Shown here piece by piece: positions 58,525-64,000 of a stretch of 64,000 nt of DNA. This DNA comes from an uncultured Opitutus sp. (lineage in GTDB: Bacteria; Verrucomicrobiota; Verrucomicrobiia; Opitutales; Opitutaceae). The notes beneath the pieces are model-generated. The model did no database searches, was not told the DNA's origin, and saw nothing but the letters and a program-made list of their open reading frames with translations. The position numbers and the translations under genes were made by a program. How positions within the stretch are numbered: the first letter of the stretch is position 1; each line of letters begins with the position of its first letter. The stretch covers positions 29,343-93,342 of the forward strand of contig CBFGUO010000018.1 of assembly GCA_965652375.1 (NCBI GenBank), read 5' to 3'.

Positions 58525-60564
58525 ATGAATTCGTCGTCCACTCCCACTTTGTTGCCGTTCGGTCCGATGCCGTCGGCCGATTCGCCCGGTGCCGGGCAAG
58601 CTTTGCTCACCGGCTCGCGGGCTGACGCAGCGCTGCTGGCCGGTTTCGCTTCGACGCCCGAGGGGTTGTTGTTCGAGGGCTTGATGCCGCTCCAGCCGGT
58701 GTCGGCCGACGCCAAGGCACTCGCTGCCGCCATCCTGGCACCGCAGGCGATCACGATCGACGGCGAGGCGAAGCCCGTCGCGGCGAACGACTCGACCCTA
58801 TTCCCGCGCCGTCCGCAGGGGATTGAGTTCCCGCAACTGTCGGTGTTGCCCGGCGATATCGCCCAAGGTGAACCGTCGCTGGGTCGAGCAGCGCCGGGCA
58901 TTCCGGGCTCGACCGCTGCGCCCCGCCGCGCAGAGGCGAACGCGGTGCCCGAGGGCGACGTCGCCGGGTTGCCGGTGCCCGTCCCGGCGGAACCGGAAGC
59001 CGGCGTTGAACCGGAAAAGACGGAGGCCGAAGGTCCGCGCCAGCGCCCGCAGGAGCTGTCGCTTGAGGGTCAGGAGGGGGCGCAGCGTGCCCCCGATCGC
59101 GTCGACCTCCCCGTCGTTGCCGCGCCGGCCTCGAACCCGACTGCACCGGTCGTCACTCCGGTGGCACGGCCGTCCGCCCGCTCGTCCGTCGTTGGCGCTG
59201 CCTCACCGACGACGGCGGGATCCGTTTCTCAATCAACGGACGAAACGACCCGCCAGCCTGGTGCCGCTGGTCCTGTGTCCCGTCCCGCTCCGGGTGACGG
59301 TGCTTCGGTTGCCGCCGCCCTTGTCGTCGCCCCGAGAGCATCCGCCGCAGCGGCGGAGGGTTCGGCTGAGCCGGTCGATCTGCCCAAAACAGCGATGGTG
59401 CGGGAAGCGTCCAGCCCGGAAGGCTCACCGGCCGCCGCTGCTGATCGATCGGCTCCGGCTCCGTCCGTCGTTGCGCCTGGTGACCTGCAGCGGGATTCGA
59501 TCCAGGAGCCTATGGCCGTAGTCGCGGCGCAGAACCGTCCGGTTCCGGGCCAGACGGCCGTCCGGTCGCGGGCGGTTTTTGGTCCGGCAACGTCGGAGCC
59601 CACCTTGACCGTCGATGCGCCGACAGCACAACAAGCCCGCGTGAGCCCGGCAGCCGTGGTGGCGCCCGCCAACGGGCCGACGGCGGCCGCGATGCCGGCG
59701 ACGCCGCACGTCCCGGTCGGCTCAACGGACGCGGCGGTGATGCCTGCGCCGAGCTCGACGGGTTTGGGCGGTGCCGCCTCGGCGCCGCATGCCGCCCCGG
59801 GGGCGGTTGCCTCTCCGCCCGCATCGTCGACGGCGTCCGTCCCCCTCTCGCCGCCGCCGGGTGAGCCCGCTTCCGTGCCCGCGCGTCCGGTGGCCGAGCC
59901 TGTGGCGGACGCTGCGGTCGCTCGCACGGCAGATGTTGCCGGGCTGGTGGATGACTCCCCGGCCGTAGCCTTGCCGCAGCAGGTGGAAGGATGGAAAAAA
60001 CTTTTATTAAACGCGTATAAACAACGAGTAAAGTCAGACGCTGAAACGGTTGGCATCAAAGATGCAAAAGTCGACGGCGCCATGCCCGCTCTGCTCACCA
60101 CCCCCTTCACCTCCGCCCCGTCCGCCGTCACGGCCGCGGGAACGCCGGAGGCGGCTTCCAGCCTTCCGGCGGAGTGGGTCGAGAAGCTCACCCAACTCAC
60201 GGCCCGCGCCGAGCGCCTCGCGCCGGCCCGGCTCGAAGTGTCGCTCCCGATGCAGGGGGCGGAGGACCTTCGCGTGCGGGTTTCGTGCCGCGGCGGTCAC
60301 ATCTCCTGCGAATTTCACAACGCCTCCCCGGAGATGCAGCGGCTCTTTCTGCGGGAGTGGCCGGGACTCACCCAGCTCTTCGGACGCGAAAGCCCGCTGC
60401 GGGTGGAGCAACCGACCTTCGTGAATCTCAGCGATCCCCAGGATCGTTCCGGCGGTGAGTCGCCCTCCCGCCGCGAGCGGGAAGAGCGGGCCGCCCGGGA
60501 CGAAGACGCCGCCATCGCCGCCTTCTTCGCCGGGCAACGCAAGTCCCATCGCCGCTCCGCCTGA
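58525..60564 (+). CDS. fliK: Flagellar hook-length control protein FliK
   Basis: 679 aa with a Pro/Ala-rich central region and a C-terminal hook-length-control domain (RLEVSLPMQGAEDLRVRVSCRGGHISCEFHNASPEMQRLF). Confidence 0.8.
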   Translation: MNSSSTPTLLPFGPMPSADSPGAGQALLTGSRADAALLAGFASTPEGLLFEGLMPLQPVSADAKALAAAILAPQAITIDGEAKPVAANDSTLFPRRPQGIEFPQLSVLPGDIAQGEPSLGRAAPGIPGSTAAPRRAEANAVPEGDVAGLPVPVPAEPEAGVEPEKTEAEGPRQRPQELSLEGQEGAQRAPDRVDLPVVAAPASNPTAPVVTPVARPSARSSVVGAASPTTAGSVSQSTDETTRQPGAAGPVSRPAPGDGASVAAALVVAPRASAAAAEGSAEPVDLPKTAMVREASSPEGSPAAAADRSAPAPSVVAPGDLQRDSIQEPMAVVAAQNRPVPGQTAVRSRAVFGPATSEPTLTVDAPTAQQARVSPAAVVAPANGPTAAAMPATPHVPVGSTDAAVMPAPSSTGLGGAASAPHAAPGAVASPPASSTASVPLSPPPGEPASVPARPVAEPVADAAVARTADVAGLVDDSPAVALPQQVEGWKKLLLNAYKQRVKSDAETVGIKDAKVDGAMPALLTTPFTSAPSAVTAAGTPEAASSLPAEWVEKLTQLTARAERLAPARLEVSLPMQGAEDLRVRVSCRGGHISCEFHNASPEMQRLFLREWPGLTQLFGRESPLRVEQPTFVNLSDPQDRSGGESPSRREREERAARDEDAAIAAFFAGQRKSHRRSA

Positions 60565-60599
60565 GGAGCCTCCACCCCGAACGCCCAACCCTTCCCGTC

Positions 60600-61052
60600 A
60601 TGCCTTCCGTCAACTCCACCACCTACCTGCCGGCCGCCGGTATGAGCCCCGCGGATACCGGTCCCCTGCGCGCGCCCAAACAGGTGCTCGGCCAGGAGGA
60701 TTTCCTGAAGCTCCTCACCGTGCAGATGACCAAGCAGGACCCGCTCAAGCCCATGGAGGACACCGCCTTCATCGCGCAGATGGCGCAGTTCAGCTCGCTC
60801 GAGCAGATGAATTCCCTCACCCGCGACTTTGCCCTCCTGCGGGCCGACCAACAGATGACCACGGCCGGCAACCTCATCGGGCGCGAAGTGACGATCGACG
60901 ACGGCGAGTCCTTCATCACCGGCACCGTTGATGCCGTTGATTCCTCCGACGAGAGCGGCGTGACCCTGCTCGTCAACGGCCAGAGCTACGACCTCTCGAT
61001 GGTGCGTCGCATCACCACGCCCGCCCCCGGCGCCAACGCCGACCCTCTCTGA
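60600..61052 (+). CDS. flgD: Flagellar hook assembly/capping protein FlgD
   Basis: LGQEDFLKLLTVQMTKQDPLKPMEDTAFIAQMAQFSSLEQM. Confidence 0.9.
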   Translation: MPSVNSTTYLPAAGMSPADTGPLRAPKQVLGQEDFLKLLTVQMTKQDPLKPMEDTAFIAQMAQFSSLEQMNSLTRDFALLRADQQMTTAGNLIGREVTIDDGESFITGTVDAVDSSDESGVTLLVNGQSYDLSMVRRITTPAPGANADPL

Positions 61053-61102
61053 ACGAAACCCACAACCTCCACCACACTTCCACCGCTTAACCTCCTCCGA
61101 CC

Positions 61103-61975
61103 ATGTCTCTTATCGGCACCCTTACCTCCGGCGTTTCCGCGATGCGCAGCTTCACCAAAGGCCTCGAAGTCATCGGCAACAACATCGCCAACGTGAACAC
61201 CACCGGCTACAAGGCCTCCACCGCCTCCTTCTCCGACAGCTTTTCCAACACCCTCCAGGGCTCCTCCCCGTCCTCCGGCACCTCGTCCAACACCGCCGCC
61301 ATCCAGGTCGGCACCGGTGTGCGGCTGGCGCAGATCAACGCCCGCTTTACCCAAGGCGCCCTCACCACGACCGGCAACGGCACCGACCTCGGCATTTCCG
61401 GCGCCGGCTTCTTCGTCGTGGAGAATCCCGTCGATGGCGCGCAGTTCGCCACCCGCGCCGGCAACTTCCGCACCGACGACCAGGGCTACCTGGTGAGCTC
61501 GCAGGGCTACCGTGTGCAGGGTCTCACGGGCGGCACCTCCCTGGCCGCCCCCGCCACGCTGGGCGATGTTCTCATCGGCGCCAACCCGCCCGCCGGCGAG
61601 ACCCTCAAATCCTTCGCCATCGACAAGCTCGGCAACATCCAGGAATTTTACTCCGACGGCACCTCCGTCATCACCAACCGCGTCCTCCTGCAGAACTACA
61701 ACGATCCGAGCGCGCTGCAGAAGGAAGGAGACAACCTCTTCTCCGGCTTCGCCGCCGCCGGCATCGTGGGCAACACCCCCATGGACGCCACCACCAACGG
61801 CCCGGGCGAGGGCGGCCTCGGCTCGATCCAGGCCGGCACCCTCGAGCTGTCCAACGTCGATCTCACCGAGGAGTTCGCCAACATGATCACGGCCCAGCGC
61901 TCCTTCCAGGCTTCCTCCCGCCTCGTCACCGTGTCCGACACCGTGCTCGAGGACATCGTCAACCTGAAGCGGTAA
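61103..61975 (+). CDS. flgE: Flagellar hook protein FlgE (short form, 290 aa)
   Basis: GNNIANVNTTGYK N-terminus, GAGFFVV, and the C-terminal EEFANMITAQRSFQASSRLVTVSDTVLEDIVNLKR. Synteny flgD-flgE. Confidence 0.8.
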   Translation: MSLIGTLTSGVSAMRSFTKGLEVIGNNIANVNTTGYKASTASFSDSFSNTLQGSSPSSGTSSNTAAIQVGTGVRLAQINARFTQGALTTTGNGTDLGISGAGFFVVENPVDGAQFATRAGNFRTDDQGYLVSSQGYRVQGLTGGTSLAAPATLGDVLIGANPPAGETLKSFAIDKLGNIQEFYSDGTSVITNRVLLQNYNDPSALQKEGDNLFSGFAAAGIVGNTPMDATTNGPGEGGLGSIQAGTLELSNVDLTEEFANMITAQRSFQASSRLVTVSDTVLEDIVNLKR

Positions 61976-62010
61976 GCCCTGCCCGCCGCCTCGCAGCCCA
62001 CCGTATTCCC

Positions 62011-62568
62011 ATGGCCGATACATCCGACGCCTCCGGAGCCCGCGCCGCCAGGAGCGACAAGATGCCCGTCATCGCGTTGCTCGCCTCGCTGGTGCTCGCG
62101 CCGGCGCTCACCTTCGCGGTGGCGCAGTTCGTCCTCATCCCCGCGCTCAAGGCGGAACTCAACCCGGGTGCGGCCGATGAGGAAAAGCCCGCCGACGAAC
62201 TCGCTGCCGAGGGCGGTGACGCGGCGTCGGGCGCCGCGCATGGGGAAAAAGGCGCGCTCGCCGGCGATCCGAAGTCCTACGTCTTCGAAAACATGGTTGT
62301 GAACCTCGCCGGCACCATGGGGACGCGTTACCTGAAGTGCTCCTTCGTGGTCACCGGCCGCGACGCCGGACTGCGCTCCGCCTTCGAGGGGCGCAAGATC
62401 CAGCTCACCGACGTCACCCTCAGCGTGCTCTCCTCGCTCTCCCTGGTGGAACTCGAGGAGGCCGGCGCCAAGAATCTCCTGCGCGAACGCCTGGTCAATT
62501 CCTACAACCAGGCCCTCGGCAAGGCCCTCGCGGAGCAGGTCTACTTCTCCGACTTCGTCATCCAGTAA
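62011..62568 (+). CDS. fliL: Flagellar basal-body-associated protein FliL
   Basis: A single TM, then FENMVVNLAGTMGTRYLKCSFVV...FSDFVIQ. Confidence 0.85.
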   Translation: MADTSDASGARAARSDKMPVIALLASLVLAPALTFAVAQFVLIPALKAELNPGAADEEKPADELAAEGGDAASGAAHGEKGALAGDPKSYVFENMVVNLAGTMGTRYLKCSFVVTGRDAGLRSAFEGRKIQLTDVTLSVLSSLSLVELEEAGAKNLLRERLVNSYNQALGKALAEQVYFSDFVIQ

Positions 62569-62607
62569 GGCCGCTCCCGCGACCCGAAGCCCGCAACCCG
62601 CAGACCC

Positions 62608-63672
62608 ATGGCCGACGACGACAACATCCTGTCCGACGACGATGGCGGCAACCCGTTCGACATCCTCGACCAGAGCGAGATCGACAAGCTGCTCAATTCG
62701 TCCGAGGTCGTTGAGGAGCAGGTCATGCTGCGGGCCGACGGCACCCGCGTCACCGGCGGGGTTCTGCCCAAGGTCGAGGATTACGATTTCCGCAATCCGG
62801 TCTTCCTCACGGAGGTCGAGCTGCGTCGGCTGCGCCTCATTCACGAAGAGTTCATCCGCTACCTGCAGGCCCGCCTCTCGCTCGTGCTGCGCATGGAGTT
62901 TTCGCTCAAGATGGCGAAGCTCACCACGCTCACCTATACCAAGTTCTGCGAGTCGCTGCCCAACCCGACGCACCTTTGCCTGTTCAAGGTCGACCCGCTC
63001 ACCGGCGTCGGTGTGCTCGACTTCAACACCCGCCTCGCCCTCACCGTCGTCGACCGTCTGCTCGGCGGTCGCGGCCACTCGGTCAAGGCCGAGCGCTACC
63101 TCACCGAGATCGAGATCTCGCTGCTCGAGGACGTCATCAAGGAGATCCTCGACCAGTGGTGCGGCCAGTGGAAGTGGGACAAGGAGATGCACCCGCACCT
63201 CATCGGCCACGAGACCAACGGCCGCTTCCTGCAGACCTCCCCGCGCGACGCGATCGTGCTGCTGCTCACGATGGAGGCCGCCTTCGGCGACTGCTCCGAG
63301 GCCATCACCATCGGCGTGCCGTATTACATGATCGAGCCGATGGTGAAGTCCATCCACGCCCGGCGCGCCAAGGACACCGCGCCCGCCGCCGTGGTCATTC
63401 CGGACGCCATGTCGCCCTTGTGCGAGCACATCACCATGCCGGTGCGGGCGGAATGGCCGGCCTTTGAGACCTCCCTGCGCGAGCTCATGGCCCTGCGGCC
63501 CGGCGATCTGCTGCAGCTGCCCACCGCCATCACGGAGGAGACGCACATCACGCTCAACGGCACCCCCAAATTTGTTGGCCAGGTCGGTCTCGAAAACGAC
63601 CGCGTGGCCGTGACCATTACCAAAAACCTGCCTGCAGAGGAAATCTCCCGCCATGCCCGGAACAATGGATGA
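62608..63672 (+). CDS. fliM: Flagellar motor switch protein FliM
   Basis: N-terminal LDQSEIDKLL CheY-binding-type motif and a FliM middle domain (YTKFCESLPNPTHLCLFKVDPL). 20-nt overlap with fliN. Confidence 0.9.
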   Translation: MADDDNILSDDDGGNPFDILDQSEIDKLLNSSEVVEEQVMLRADGTRVTGGVLPKVEDYDFRNPVFLTEVELRRLRLIHEEFIRYLQARLSLVLRMEFSLKMAKLTTLTYTKFCESLPNPTHLCLFKVDPLTGVGVLDFNTRLALTVVDRLLGGRGHSVKAERYLTEIEISLLEDVIKEILDQWCGQWKWDKEMHPHLIGHETNGRFLQTSPRDAIVLLLTMEAAFGDCSEAITIGVPYYMIEPMVKSIHARRAKDTAPAAVVIPDAMSPLCEHITMPVRAEWPAFETSLRELMALRPGDLLQLPTAITEETHITLNGTPKFVGQVGLENDRVAVTITKNLPAEEISRHARNNG

Positions 63673-63922
63673 CAAGACCTTCGACCTCGTGCTGGACGTG
63701 AAAGTGAAAGTCACGGTCCAGCTCGGCCACTGCCAGCTGCCCATGCGCGAGGTGCTCGACCTCTCGCCGGGGGCCGTGATCCAGCTCAACCAGCACGCGA
63801 CCGACCCGGTCGGTCTCTACGTCAACGACAAGCTCATCGCCTACGGCGAGGTCGTCGTGGTCGAGGAGAGTTTCGGCATCAAAATCACCGAGCTTGTCGG
63901 TTCGAAGCCGCCCGCCTCGTGA
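63653..63922 (+). CDS. fliN: Flagellar motor switch protein FliN (SpoA domain only)
   Basis: 89 aa: VKVTVQLGHCQLPMREVLDLSPGAVIQLNQHATDPVGLYVNDKLIAYGEVVVVEESFGIKITELV. Confidence 0.9.
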   Translation: MPGTMDDKTFDLVLDVKVKVTVQLGHCQLPMREVLDLSPGAVIQLNQHATDPVGLYVNDKLIAYGEVVVVEESFGIKITELVGSKPPAS

Positions 63923-64000
63923 CCGTTCTTTGCCCAATTTTTCGTCGCTTTACCAGCGTCACCCGCTGGCTGCTAGTGGTAGCCGGCTGCACTGGATTGG

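Noticed and set aside
63923-64000. Possible start of the next flagellar gene (fliO/fliP-like) after fliN.
   Set aside because: Too little sequence remains (under 80 nt) to support any call.

Overview
High-GC bacterial chromosomal segment. Most long ORFs in the six-frame track are Arg/Pro/Gly/Ala-rich shadow frames. I called genes from protein-like composition, recognisable family motifs and ATGA/TGATG translational coupling, and I trimmed many N-terminal ORF extensions. I saw no rRNA, tRNA, CRISPR, transposase or integrase. The window is essentially one motility supra-locus. Left to right: (i) an exported TPR protein plus a secreted protein; (ii) cheX plus a REC/pseudo-REC/STAS regulator; (iii) a sigma-54 enhancer-binding response regulator; (iv) late flagellar genes (a 130-aa unknown, a FliT-position gene, fliS, a flgM-like gene, a lipoprotein, fliD) and two tandem 271-aa flagellins; (v) a 0.8 kb gene-less, repeat-rich gap; (vi) a ~24 kb flagellin-glycosylation island (12.5-36.1 kb); (vii) an HDOD protein plus two PAS hybrid kinases; (viii) a chemotaxis cluster (cheW; cheA-HDOD; cheR-cheB-REC/degenerate-HD-GYP-cheD); (ix) flgB-flgC-fliE-F-G-H-I-J-(MotE-like)-fliK-flgD-flgE-fliL-M-N, running off the right edge. 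The glycosylation island holds a complete pseB-C-F-G-H-I pseudaminic-acid pathway, an ACP/ligase/SDR/Fmt-like/deacetylase/methyltransferase tailoring branch, two GT4 enzymes, one GT2/7-like enzyme, one unknown enzyme and three TPR+GT41 (FlmG-like) proteins. The non-coding layer includes about nine sigma-28-type promoter matches and two good sigma-54 promoters. One sigma-54 promoter has a duplicated NtrC-like dyad upstream. Both flagellin leaders carry paired A(N)GGA sites. There is also a family of short-period (7-nt and 9-nt) tandem-unit hairpin repeats, three of them inside the flagellar operon directly abutting or just upstream of start codons. The best candidate for something new is the hierarchically wired glycosylation island, with its FlmG-like trio and ACP-dependent tailoring branch. 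The repeat family is second. Limits: no homology search, folding or statistics could be run. All family calls rest on motif recognition by eye, promoter calls are consensus matches only, and the taxon cannot be determined from the sequence (a Verrucomicrobia/Opitutales-like organism is only my guess).
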